A DNA stretch of 64,000 bases from Chiloscyllium plagiosum (taxonomy: Eukaryota). Made by a program: the position numbers and the translations under genes. Below are positions 12,862 through 24,745 of this stretch, one piece after another. Location of the stretch: positions 27,849,974-27,913,973 of the forward strand of contig NC_057718.1 of NCBI RefSeq assembly GCF_004010195.1, written 5' to 3'. The first letter of the stretch is position 1; each line of letters starts with the position of its first letter. A model generated the notes under the pieces. That model ran no database searches, was not told the DNA's origin, and saw only the letters and a list, made by a program, of their open reading frames with translations.

Positions 12862-13192
12862 TTAGATTAGATTACCTACAGTATGGAAACAGGCCCTTCA
12901 GCCCAACAAGCCCACACCAACCCTCCGAAGAATAACCCACCCAGCCCCATTCCCCTACTCTATATTTACCCCTGACTTATGCACCTAATACTATGGGCAA
13001 TTTAGCATGGCCAATTTACCTGACCAGCACATCTTTAGATTGTGGGAGGAAACCAGAGCAACTGGAGGAAACCAACACAGACACGGGGAGAATGTGCAAA
13101 CTTCGCACAGACAGTCAACCAATGCGGGAATTGAACCCGGGTCCCTGGTTCTGTGAGGCAGCAGTGCTAACCACTGAGCCACCATGCTGCCC
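12862..13192 (-). mobile_element. HE1-type SINE
   Basis: Full-length reverse-complement copy with a (tagat)n tail. Confidence 0.92.
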
Positions 13193-14349
13193 TTTCACAA
13201 CTCGGAATTCCATTACTCAATAGAAAGGTATGTTTTGACATAAATCCCACACAAAAGATGAAAGAGGTTAAGTAACGCAAGTTAAAAAGTCTGTTTGAAT
13301 ACCAATACAGGGTTAAAAAATTAAATACAGCATTTCACTGAGAAAAAAAAGAAACCCCTCTGCTTTCACGCACTCACAAAGACACACAATCCCTTAATGA
13401 AACAAATTGAGAATGAAATTTGCACAAATGACAAGATTGGGCAAGCTTTCCATAGGTAAAAATAGACCACCGACAGAGTGATGTTTGGGGATGGTTACGG
13501 CACCCAAACCTAACAGTACAAATTAAAATCGGAAATTGCTGAAGAAACTCAGCAGGTCTGGCAGCATCTGTGGAGAGAGAAATAGAGTTAATGTTTTGAG
13601 TCCATTGACGCTTCTTCAAAACCTTGGTTCTGATTTTGTTTCCGATTTCCAGAGTCTGCAGTTCTCCCTTATATTTTATTACTATTTGAATTTGTGTTGA
13701 TCCTAATTAGATTAGATAAATTTATCCTACAACCACATTAATACAAATCTAGCTAACTGTGCAAAAACAACATTTCCACAAAATTCAATGCAATTTGTAG
13801 ATTTTGGCAAATGCCATACGCCAAACAATCAAAATGGCTTATCACATTGATAACATATTTTAAAAGTTTTTGTTTTCACAGATTACCATTTAGAATTGCA
13901 CCTGCCCCAGAAATTTTCCAATGAACCATGCAAAACATTTTTCAAGGTCTCTGTGGAGTTATATACCCAATGGAAGACATGCTAATTCCATGGGGCATTG
14001 GTTGAAGAACATGTTCAAAGACTGTTTGCTGTATTAAAGCATTTTGAAGAAAAGGCCCGAACAACAAGAGTGAATTCTCCAAAGAATCCATTTGGTTTTT
14101 GGGCTACATTGTCAACATGAAGGCGTAATGGCTGCACTTCAGAAGACTGAAGCCATTGGGAAATTCCTCATTTGAGAGTTAGCCTAGTATCTTCAAAGGT
14201 TTTTAGGCAGAGTGAATCAGTCAGCAAAATTTTTGTTTCAAATGGAAAATATTACAGAACCCTTGAAACATCTCTTCAAGAAGACACAAGGATGGTGTTG
14301 GAATCTTTATCAAGAGAATGCTTTTAAGAAGAAAAAGGAAATATTAGAA

Positions 14350-15440
14350 GAGGAGCAGAAGCAACCCATTCAGCCCATCAAGTCTGATCCAGCATTCAAT
14401 TAGATCATGGCTGATCTGATACTGCTCAAATCTATTTTCCTGCTTTTTCCCTTGATTTCTTTACTAGTTAAAAATCTGTCTATCTCAGCCTTAAATATAC
14501 GTAACAACTCAACCTCTACAGTCCTCTGTGATAAAGAATTTCACAGATTCGCTACCCTCTGAGAGAAGAACTTCCTACTCATCTCTGTTTTATATGGACC
14601 ACCTGTTATTCTGAGATTATACCCTCTGGTCCTAGACTGTTGTTACGCCACGGGGTAAACCCTCCTGCTTAAGTTAAACCTTAAACACAGAAAAGATTTA
14701 TCCTGTGCAGTAATCTGTGAAAATTTGAGAAGCCAAGAACTATTTAAAGTAAAAATTAACTACTTTATTTTTTAAAGTGCAACAGAGAATAATTAACTAA
14801 CAACTATTTTCAACTCCTTCCTCTAACCTATCTTTTACTTTCCCTTCTATAATACTAGTCCGATAAAACCACAGATTAAGATTCACTGAAAAAAAAATCA
14901 AATTTCAAAACCAGCCAGATGTCGAATCTTCTCTTTATATCTTCCTCTGTCTTCTTTTCTTCTTCTTAGGGATTTCTGTTTCACTGGTCACTAATTGATA
15001 AAGGTACCTTTAAGAGAGCTATTTTTGGGGCAGTCTGTACATGCTGGTGGCTTGGCAGTTCTCCCCCAACTGTTCAATTTTTTCTGGTCTTATACTCCCT
15101 AAGCATCAGTTGTGTCATTGTAAATATAATAAATCCAAACTTGATTGGAGTTATTTTTAGGTATAATTTAAACTGATTGACCTAATTCAAAGTTGTTTTA
15201 GTCTCCAGGCAACCGGCTACACTAGCTGCTGGACCAAAAGGTTTCATTGTATCTTGTTCAGAACACTTGGTGCTATCAGGTAGTTCTGCTGGCTTTTAAC
15301 TTTCTTAAAGATACAGTACACCCACATCTTCACAACACTGTCCTGCAAAGGGAAAGAGCTTCTTTGCACTTACCCCATCAAGTCCTCTAAGAATTTTATG
15401 TTTGTCAATAAGGTCATCACTCATTCTTCTAAACTCGATC
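14350..15440 (-). mobile_element. CR1-like 3' fragment, split by a solo LTR
   Basis: cattcagcccatcaagtctg...gatcatggctgatctg tail; body continues at 15338 after the LTR; related to 45803-46260. Confidence 0.7.
14641..15337 (-). mobile_element. Solo LTR, 697 bp, TG...CA, 4-bp TSD CTGT
   Basis: ctgt|tgttac...cacaaca|ctgt; reverse complement of the element at 61179-61900. Confidence 0.9.
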
Positions 15441-18400
15441 GTTGATGTATATCTATATCTTAGCCCATATTAATCTTTCATTTCCAGTGATTGCCTAAGC
15501 ACATACTTCAGCTGCAGGTTTTGGAGCAGTGCTCTTCCAGCATCAGCCCAATGGGAGTCACAAACCAGTCCATAATACATCACGGGCATGATTCGATGCA
15601 GAAACACCATATACAATGGCTGAGAATGATGCTGTCTCAATTACTTGGATGTAAAGGATTATTTTCAGATTATATCCATGGCTTGAGAGTATTTATCGAA
15701 AACATCACAAACCTTTAGTTTTTCTACTGGATGAGAAGAAACTTACAAGAAGAAACCTACAAGAATACTTATCGCATGAAATTCACCCATGAAACAGTCT
15801 GCATGTCCATCCACGATGATGTGGCAGTTGTTGTGTATGAATCTGGAAGATTCTGAGAGGGCTAATACTCAATTGTGTGCAAATAACACTACCAACGGTG
15901 GTGATGTCATGAGGACTTGGTGGGAGAGTAAAAGAGGATTACGACTAGGTACTCCTAAAAATCTTTGTAGTAATATGAGGCTATGCCTAAAACATGTAAG
16001 TTGTTTTAAGGTGTAATAAACTGCGTCTTGTTTATTGTTAAACTAGAAAGTGGATACCCTCACACGCGAGATCATTTAACCCCTAAAGAACCTATGTATT
16101 TCAAAGATATGCATGTAGCATATGCAACAAACCCAACCATTAGGAATGACATGAAAGAAAGACACGGAAATTGAAATTCCACAATTCAGAGGTGATTTCT
16201 CTGAACTAACATTGGTATTGGAACAGTTAAGGAGTCTGAAGATGTCAGAATTAGCTACAGGATGGATAACAGTAAAAGGATTGCTGCATAATATTTGAAA
16301 TCCAGACGTTGATTTCTTGTCCCTGGATCAATGCTTACTTTTATGATTTTGTTGTCCACTATGTTATGATCTTCTTTGTCTGTATTATGAGGTATCATAT
16401 TAAAGAAATGAAGGGTGCTGGAATGATTGGCTAAAGATTGATACACGATGTGTGTGTATCCAAGATTATCGTTTACACCGCAGGGGATTTGGGGTGAGCA
16501 GGGAAGAAAGCTGGTGAAAATACTGGAAGAAAATGTTTTAATACATAATTCATTTGATGTTCAGAATTCTAATTTGTCATGCAAAGACAACTTTATTGCG
16601 AAATCCCTTCTGAAACAGATTATATCTGAACAATGACATTCAAACTCTTCTCTCAACAAAACTTTGTGCAAGGAATAGCCTTACATTCATGATGTATCTG
16701 TCCATCTATCTGATTGACAACCATATGTTTATCATTTCTGTACATGTAAGGATAGCTTTGAAATGGTATCCATTATCTGAAATTTTGAGTTGATGTAAAG
16801 CTGTGTAAACTATGTTAAGATCATGCTGTAATGGTTAGAAGATTAGGGAAAAGGAAAGGTGGTTTAATCACTTTGGGCACCATGGAGACGCTGGACCTAG
16901 AAGTGGGAAATGATCTTAATTAGTCAGAATGGTGACAGGGCAGAACTCTGACACATTCCCGACCTTAATCAAACTAGGTTCTGGTTGGGAACACCCATTG
17001 TTGACTTTCCAACCTGCTGCTAATTGAGGCCTGCAAATAGAAAATTAATGAGCATTTAAGAGACATCTGGGCTGTAATTACTTTAGCTCAAGGCAAGACG
17101 AGAGAGGTTCAGCTTGCCTATTTGTTTAGCCAGTGCAGGCAGGCTGTCCCTTTGGTCAAGAGGGGTCCCTTCACCCTGCACTCATTTTTCCACAATTGAA
17201 GGACTGGAACTAATGCACAAGGGAGCTCAGAGCTAGCTTCCAACCCTTGCTTCCTACAGACCCATCTCCTCTTCCCATTATCCTCTCTTTGAGTGAAATA
17301 CCCTCCCCTCACCAGCTCCTCACCAACACATTATTGTATTCCTGCCAGAGGTCGCAAATCCTGGGATTTCGGGAATGTTAGCCCAACAGCAGCCACAGCC
17401 TCTGCTGCAGGATTACAGATAGTCCAGCAGCTTCTGGCCAATACTGGAATCCCTGGTCTAGGTTTCAAATTCCAGCAGAAAACCTAATTAGCGGTCTGAT
17501 AGCTGAAAAGTCCAGCACTTTCACAGTCCAAGGTTTCCCATCCTGAATATAGATCCCAACGTCTGAACCTCAATTCAAGAGCTTTACTGTAATGGCTCTC
17601 ATGTCCTATTGATCATCACATGGGTTTTTTTGTGAAGATCATTTTTCTCTAATTAGATCTGTAAATTAAGATTCTGTGCTTAGAACTTTGGCAATGAGAG
17701 ACAATCCAAGCTTGTCTCTCTCATTGGATGAACCTACTGTCATCCACATCCGAAAATGAAGAATAAAAATAAACCTGATCATCAATAAGCTGAATGGCCC
17801 CTTCGTGTGCTGTATTGACTCCATGATCAAATCCTGCCAGGTCAACCAAGGCAAGTGAAACATCTATTGCCTTCTATTCACATGAATGGTGTTGTGTTTT
17901 GTGCCTCAGAGATGTGCAAAGATGACATCAGGTAGTTTTATTTACGCTGCTTTATTAGCTGCCAGCTGCTTCTTTCGCTTTTGTTTCTCTTCCTCAGTCA
18001 TCACACCATAAGGTCTGACTAAACTCACAGAGGCCAGTCAACAGACTAAAAGAATCAAACATTGAAAAAATGAATTGTACAAACGTTTCTTGAAATCAAT
18101 TCTTGCTCACAGGGTTTTAAAATATTTCCAGTGCTATTGTTATAAATCTCAAAGCTTGATAATGAAGAATAGGAATGTGCCACTTTACAATGTCAGCTGG
18201 GGCTCAGCTGGTAATAGAATCATAAGATCAGAGAATAGATATAGCACAGAAAGTGGCCATTCAGCCCATCATATCCATACTTGTTCTCTGCAATATTCAA
18301 TTCTAACTCACCTTTCCTGTGGTTTTTTTGAGAAATGAAATTAATAATCCACTGTCGGGATAAATGCAGCCATTATTGTGTCTCATGCTGGTTCTCAATA

Positions 18401-18959
18401 TCACATTCCAAAATGACAGCTGATAACATGCTGTCTTCAAACATAGATTACATGATATCTTCAGATGGGTATCTTCTCTACAGTGGGCAGTCCTTTGAAT
18501 ATTCACCTCTTTTAAATTGTATGTATTGGTAACTGGCAGTGTATAATGGAACAATCATTGGCACTGTTTGTGAAACTGCCTTGGGGGAGGTTTCAAACTC
18601 CAATTGCTGTTTAAGTAGTTTCATTAAACAAACTATAATTAAAACTGAAGGAGTGACTAAAAGAGCTGAATAAATTCCTGAGTGACTCATCAGATGAGCT
18701 AGGCATATTGTGGGCATGTGAGAAGACTCTTCTGGTGAGAGATTAAATGACTAATGGATAAATTTTTGCTGAGAGATGATAATTATTTTGACCTGTGTCT
18801 ATGTTTGGCACATAGACAGAAGGAGCCTGAATCAGCTAGACCATGTCAGTTTAGTAGGAATTTGCATCCCATGTTTATCGACAAGAATTAATAGTTTCTA
18901 TATATAACAGCTTAAGTTTTTATTGCACCCTTATGATTATGAATGTGCGATTGAAGGTG

Positions 18960-19785
18960 TATAATATTATATTTTGGGATTTGGGTTGTAAAATTGAGGC
19001 AGATGGATGTGAGTCATCTCTGTGAATGTAACTTTTAAAAAACAGGTTAGAAAGTTATTTGGAACAGTGACTCAAGTGCAACAATTTCAAGAAAGCATAT
19101 GATTGTAGTGAAGTGCCTGACAGAACCCCTGCAGTGCTAATGGTTAGAATGTTTATATTACATGCTACTTTGGGTTAGTTTAGAAGAATAATGAAGTTCA
19201 GTTTAGAAGGGTCAACAGTTTCTCTGAGTAGAGAGTCAAGCCTTAGTTTAAGGGAATCAGTCACCCTAGCTGAAGTGTTTTACTTTGAGGAGCTTCTAAC
19301 CTAGTAGAATTTGGACAGAAACATTCAAGATGTTAAAACTGAAAAGGATTAGGTCATCAACATTGTGAAAGGTTCATGCCTGTAGACTTAAAAACGAATC
19401 TCAAAACTGCGTTCTCAATCCAAGTAAAAGAAACTGGGAGGAGTCATTTAAGTAAAAGCATAAGAGTTAAGTAGGAGTGAAATTTCTTTGGAATTGATTT
19501 TCTGGAACAGGATAATGTTAGGGAACAAGTTGAAATTTTGTTTTGTTGTTTGTAATGAGACCGTTCCAACTATCTTATATGTATCGTTGATTTTTTTTCT
19601 CTCTCCTTTAATAAACTTCTGTTCTGTTGTTAAAGAGTATATGCAGCCTCATGTGTAGCTGTTTCAGTGACCAACCACCATGGTAACCAACTGCAACAAA
19701 TAAACATATGGTCTATCAAGCCAGGTTTCATTCTGGGATCCGACTTCTCCAGTATTATCATCAGGTGGCATCTTGGTAAATGTCA
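18960..19785 (+). mobile_element. Old LTR-like repeat
   Basis: 3' portion (taataaacttctgtt...tcaagccaggtttcattctgggat) is shared with 24590-24745. Confidence 0.5.
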
Positions 19786-19799
19786 CCAGATGCTTAACA

Positions 19800-21056
19800 G
19801 GTAAAGCATAATATCACATCAAGACAATCAAAGAGATATGAGGGAAGATGGCCAAATGATTGATAGAAGAGGCATGTTATAAGTAGAGTTTTAAGGGAGG
19901 AATGAGAGATGAAGAGACTAAAAGGTTTTGAGTGGGATTTACAGAGTTTAGAGCCTTGGCCAAAGTTGAAGCCAAAGCCTCCAAACAATGGAGTGTGGAA
20001 AACTGAGGATTTGAGAGACCAGAATTACATCAGCACAGGTAGAGAGTCATAGAGTCGTAGAGATGTACAGCACGGAAACAGACACTTCGGTCCAACTTGT
20101 CCATGCAGACCTGATATTCTAACCTTATTGAGTCCCATTTGCCAGCACTTAGCCCACATTCCTTTAAACCCTTGCTATTCCTATACCCACCCAGATGTAT
20201 TTTAAATGCTGTAATTGTACCAGTCTCCACTACTTCCTGTGGCAGCTCATTACATACATGCACCACCCTCTGCATGAAAAAATTTCCCCTTAGATCCCTT
20301 TTAAATCTTTCCCCTCTCACTCTAAACCTATGTCCTCACGTTCAGGACTTCCCCACCCCAGGGAAAAGACTTTGTCTATTTATCCTATCCATGCCCCTCA
20401 TGATTTTATAAACCTCAGCATCTGACGCTCCAGGGAAAACAGACCCAGCCTATTCAGCCTCTCCCTATAGCTCAAATCGTCCAACTCTGGCAGCATCCTT
20501 GTAAATCTTTTCTGAAACCTTTCAAGGTTCACAACATCTTTCCAATAGGAATTGCATGCAATATTCCAAAAGTGGCCTAACCAATGTCCTGTACAGCCAC
20601 AACATGACCTCCCAACTCCTGTACTCAATGTTGTGACCAATAAAGGAAAGCATACCAAATGCCCTCTTCACTATCCTATCTATCTGCGACTCCACTTTCA
20701 AGGAACTATGAACCTGCACTCCAAGGTGTCTTTGTTCAGGATCTTACCATTAAGTGCCTAAGTCCTGCTCTGATTTGATTTTCCAAAATGCAACACTTCA
20801 CATTTATCAGAATTAAACTCCATCCATCACCCCTCAGCCCATTGGCCAATCTGATCAAAATCCTGTTGTACTCTGAGGTAACCTTTCTTGCTGTCCACTA
20901 AACTTCTAAGTTTGATGTCATCTGCAAACTCATTAATTATACCTCCTATGTTCACATCCAAATCATTTATATATCTGGAGAATTGTGAGATGAAGGAAAT
21001 TAAAAAGAGAGATAAAGCATGAAGGGACATAAAAGCAAACATAAGAATTTTAATTT
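19800..21056 (-). mobile_element. L2-like LINE remnant interrupted by CR1 (pieces 19800-20035 and 20976-21056)
   Basis: Purine-rich 3' region resembling 44075-44900 (gttttaagg...gagagatg...ttccagag). Confidence 0.5.
20044..20975 (-). mobile_element. CR1 LINE, 5'-truncated
   Basis: Minus-strand peptides YINDLDVNIGGIINEFADD, LYRTLVRPLLEYC, RGERFKRDLRGNFF; tail at 20044. Confidence 0.93.
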
Positions 21057-21410
21057 TTTTCCCTGGAGCATTGGAGGCTGAGGGGTGACCTTATAGAAGT
21101 TTATAAAATCATGAGGGACATGGATAAGGTCTTTTCCCTGGGATGGGAGAGTCCAGAACCAGAGGGCATAGGATTAGGGTAAGAGGGGAAAGACTTAAAA
21201 GGGACCTAAGGAGCAACATTTTCATGCAGAGGGTGATGCATATATGGAATGAGCTGCCAGAGGAAATGGTGGAGGCTGGTACAATTACAACATTGAAAAG
21301 GTCAATTGCTGGCAAATGGGACAAGACTAGGTTAGTATATCTGGTTGGCATAGACGAGTTGGATGAAGGATATGTTTCCATGCTGTACATCTCTGTGACT
21401 CTAAGTGATT
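21057..21410 (+). mobile_element. CR1 3' fragment
   Basis: GESRTRGHRIRVRG...WNELPEE peptide. Confidence 0.9.
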
Positions 21411-21774
21411 CATTATTTTCCAAACAAATGGCAGCTGATTAAGCATTGAAATGTAGCTGAGGTAAGAGAATGTTCAAGTATTTTGCTTTCCAAATTCTTC
21501 CCATCCATTTATTATGGCAGAGCAGAGGAAACCTAAGTTGCATGCATTTGCAGGTTATGTGGGTTTCTGGAAAAATTGTGTCCAAAACTATCATAAATGT
21601 AAAGTATGTCTTCAACTGATCTTGCTTAGGATCATATATAGTAATCTTGAAAAACAGCTGGAAATACTCCTTTCTAGGCGGATCAGGGATGTTTCTTTGG
21701 TTGCAGATCACAACAGGTGACCAAACCTCAGCTACAGATAAACAATGAGGTAAAAGATGCAAACAATGAGAACA

Positions 21775-22080
21775 AGGGCAGCATAGTTGCTCAGTGGTTA
21801 CCACTGCTGCCTTGCAGGGCCATGGACCCAGATTCAATTCCACTCTCAGGCAATTGTCTGTATGGAGTTTGCACATGCCTCCCGTGTCTGTGTGAGTTCC
21901 CTCCAAGTGCTGTGGTTTCCTCGCACAGTCCAAAGATGTGCAGGTTAAGTGATTTGCCATGGTAAATTGCCCATCATGTCCAGGGATGTGCAGGCTAGGT
22001 GGATTAGCCTTGGGAAATGCAGAGTTACAGGATGGGGGGTGGGTCTAAGTGGCATAGTCTTCGGAGGGTTGGTGTGGGGA
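21775..22080 (+). mobile_element. HE1-type SINE (older copy)
   Basis: gctcagtggtta A-box, ttcaattcc B-box and cacagtccaaagatgtgcagg V-domain. Confidence 0.85.
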
Positions 22081-22211
22081 TACTATGATTATCAGAGGAG
22101 AAGAGTGACTTGGATAGAAGCCATGGAGTAACTCCTTGCAGGTTCTAATGCAAATGCAGCACAACAAAAACATTACACCAGGTTATAGTCCAACAGGTTT
22201 AATTGGAAGCA

Positions 22212-22246
22212 CACTAGCTTTCAGAGCACCGCTCCTTCATCAGGTG
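22212..22246 (-). ncRNA. Minimal type I hammerhead motif (mirror copy)
   Basis: Reverse complement reads CAC-CUGAUGA-A-GGAGC-ggu-GCUCU-GAAA-G-CUA-GUG. Confidence 0.75.
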
Positions 22247-23025
22247 ATTGTGGAGGACACAATTGTAAGACACAGAATTTATAGCAACAATTTACAGTGT
22301 GATGTAACTGAAATTATACATTGAAAAATACCTCGATTGTCTGTTGAGTCTTTCATCTGTTCGAATACCATGATAGTTTCACTTCATGTGTAAATCACAA
22401 AACCTTTTTTTAAAAGTTGCATTCTCAGGTTAGCTCTAATAATTGATGTTAGCTAGACAATATATTGAAGGTGTTAGCCCCCTGTGTTCTCTGTCTATGC
22501 TATGATGTTTAGATTGATTCTCATTAAAAAGTGAGATAACAGAGTTTTACATGAATTCGTGCAGTTTTTGAGCAAAGTACAATGTAACTCTGCGAGTACA
22601 AATTCCCCCCACAAAATACGTGTGCATGTGGGTCTTTGGGTGTGTGTGTGTGTCTGTGTGTGTGTGTCTGGGGTGGGGGTTATGAGTGTGAGAGAGAGTG
22701 TATTTGTGTGTGTAGTGAATGTAGAGTGTCTTAAGCCTGTGAGGGGGTGCATGTATGAGTGTGGGAGTGTATGTGCATGTCTGGGGTGCTGGATTTTGAG
22801 TGTCTGTGAGAGAGAATGTATATGTGTGTGCATGAGTGTAGAGTGGTCGAAGTCTCTGAGAGGATGCCTGTGTGAGTGTGGGAGTGTGTGTGTCTGTAAG
22901 GGTGTGCGTGAGTGTCTGTGTGCGTTTCTGTGTATATGTGTGTCCGTGTGTATGTGTGTGTATAGGAGTGCCTGTGTGAGTGTGTGTGTTAGGGGTGTCT
23001 GTGTGTGTGTATAGTGCAATGGTGG

Positions 23026-23409
23026 TCACCTGTAATGTGACATGAACCCAAGGTCCCGGTTGAGGCCCTTCCTATGGGTACCGAACTTAGCTATAAGCCT
23101 CTGCTCGGCCACTTTTCGCTGCTGCCTGTCCCGAAGTCTGCCCTGGAGAATGGTCACCTGAAGATCTGAGGTTGAATGTCCTGGACCACTGAAATGTTCC
23201 CCAACTGGGAGGGAACACTCCTGTCTGTTGATTGTTGTGCGGTGCCCATTCAGCCGTTGTCGTAGCCTTTGCTTGGTTTCGCCAATGTACCATGCCTCAG
23301 GGCATCCTTGCCTGCAACGTATAAGATAGACAACGTTGACTGAGTCACATGAGTACCTGCCACGTACAAGGTGGGAGGTGTCCCCATGTGTAATGGTGGC
23401 TAACATCAA
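23026..23409 (-). pseudogene. GIY-YIG endonuclease domain (C-terminus of the PLE ORF), 5'-truncated
   Basis: SCDSVNVVYLIRCRQGCPEAWYIGETKQRLRQRLNGH...VGEHFS...EQRLIAKFGT..GLN matches the Penelope GIY-YIG layout (VY...YIG, R..H, HF, E, GLN). Confidence 0.92.
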
Positions 23410-23551
23410 TTGTTACAGCTAACCTGAGAATGCAACTATTAAAAAAAGGATTTGTGATTTACTCATGAAAGAAGTGAAACTATCATGGTATGTTACATTA
23501 CACTGTAAATTGTTGCTATAAATTCTGCCTTACAATTGTGTCCTCCACAAT

Positions 23552-23586
23552 CACCTGATGAAGGAGCGGTGCTCCGAAAGCTAGTG
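23552..23586 (+). ncRNA. Minimal type I hammerhead ribozyme motif
   Basis: CAC-CUGAUGA-A-GGAGC-ggu-GCUCC-GAAA-G-CUA-GUG: complete core, perfect stem II, stem I CAC/GUG. Confidence 0.8.
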
Positions 23587-23741
23587 TGTTTCTAATTAAA
23601 CCTGTTGGACTATAACCTGGTGTTGTGTGGTTTTTAACTTTGTACGCCCCAGTCCAACACCGGCATCTCCAAATCATGCAAAAACATTGGAATTTTCACA
23701 TGACCAAGCTTCATCTTTACACTGCTGTAGACGGAGAAAAA

Positions 23742-23910
23742 TAGAAACAGAAGTAGGCCATTTGGCCCTTCAAACCTGCTTTTCCAATCAATGTGATCAT
23801 GGCTGATCATCCAACTCAGTATCCTGTTCCCTCTTCCTCCCCATAACCTTCGATCCCTTTAGCCCAATGAACTATAGACAACTACTTCCTGAAAGTATTC
23901 CATGTTTTCA
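23742..23910 (-). mobile_element. CR1-like 3' tail fragment
   Basis: gtaggccatttggcccttc...gatcatggctgatc, as at 14350 and 45803. Confidence 0.6.
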
Positions 23911-23984
23911 GTGGTGTGCAGATTCCCCAGCATTTCGGATAAGGATATATCATCTTCCTGTTCCTCTTTGGCTGTGTAATCAAC

Positions 23985-24745
23985 ATTTATGACTGAATGT
24001 GGCAGGACTGGAATGTTGTAGTCTGACTGCTTTATTGCAGTCTTGTGATGAAGGTATGCGATTTATACGTATTAATTTCTTTTTTAAAAATTTGGCTTTC
24101 AAACCAGTTGTATATGAGTGTCAGTCTATTTTTGTTAAAATTAAGTAAGTCAGTCTTTATGGGAATTTTAAGCCAGTGTGTGTGTGTGTCCTGGAGTGTG
24201 AATGGAAGTTTGGTTATATTATGGAAGTTTACCACAGGACAGAGAAAACTGAAATATACTAGATTGCTTGTGAGTCTCGAATAATCAAGAATTGCATTTA
24301 GCTTGGGGAAACCCAGAGATTGGAAAGCTTTTGTACATTTTGAAGGGGACCTGACAGGAATCTGAGGCCAGTATAAGTCTCTCCTAGAAGAAGGAGATTA
24401 TTCAAAGCAGTTAGGAAAATAGGTTATCTCCATGAAAGAACGCAGTTTGTGAAAATTCACTGGGTTTTGAGGAACTATAAAATGATTATGTTGGGGAATC
24501 ATTGGAATTTTGTTGCTATGTGCTTTGAAATCTTTCAAAGTATGTTGTGTCGATCCAGTTTGAGTTTTTATAAAAAATATTTATTTTGTGTAATGAACTT
24601 CTGTTTCTATTATTAAAAGAAATCATGTGGGTCAGTGAAATGTTGCTATATTAAATGAAAGAAAATACAAAATATCATCGATCAAACCAGATTTCATTCA
24701 GGGATGTGATTTGTCCAGTTGTAATATCAGCTTGAATCATAATAG
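23985..24745 (+). mobile_element. Old LTR-like repeat related to 18960-19785
   Basis: Shares its 3' block with the 19 kb element. Confidence 0.45.

Larger units (their letters stand above)
13200..15790 (+). mobile_element. Decayed Ty3/Gypsy pol (RT and RNase H), interrupted by PLE, CR1 and LTR insertions
   Basis: RLPFRIAPAPEIFQ (13880), PMEDMLI at the YMDD position, LQRFLGRVNQSAKF...TEPLKHL; RNase H GFGAVLFQ..KPV..AETPY..FSDYIHGL..HKPLV (15510-15725). Confidence 0.85.
22175..23678 (-). mobile_element. Penelope-like retroelement relic with inverted termini and 10-bp TSD
   Basis: caaaaacatt at 22165-22174 and 23679-23688; arms about 22175-22455 and 23400-23625 are inverted; encloses a GIY-YIG frame and a TG-rich region. 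Confidence 0.9.

Noticed and set aside
22495..23029. His/Thr-rich and Cys/Val-rich ORFs of 150-174 aa
   Set aside because: They are translations of a TG/CA low-complexity tract.
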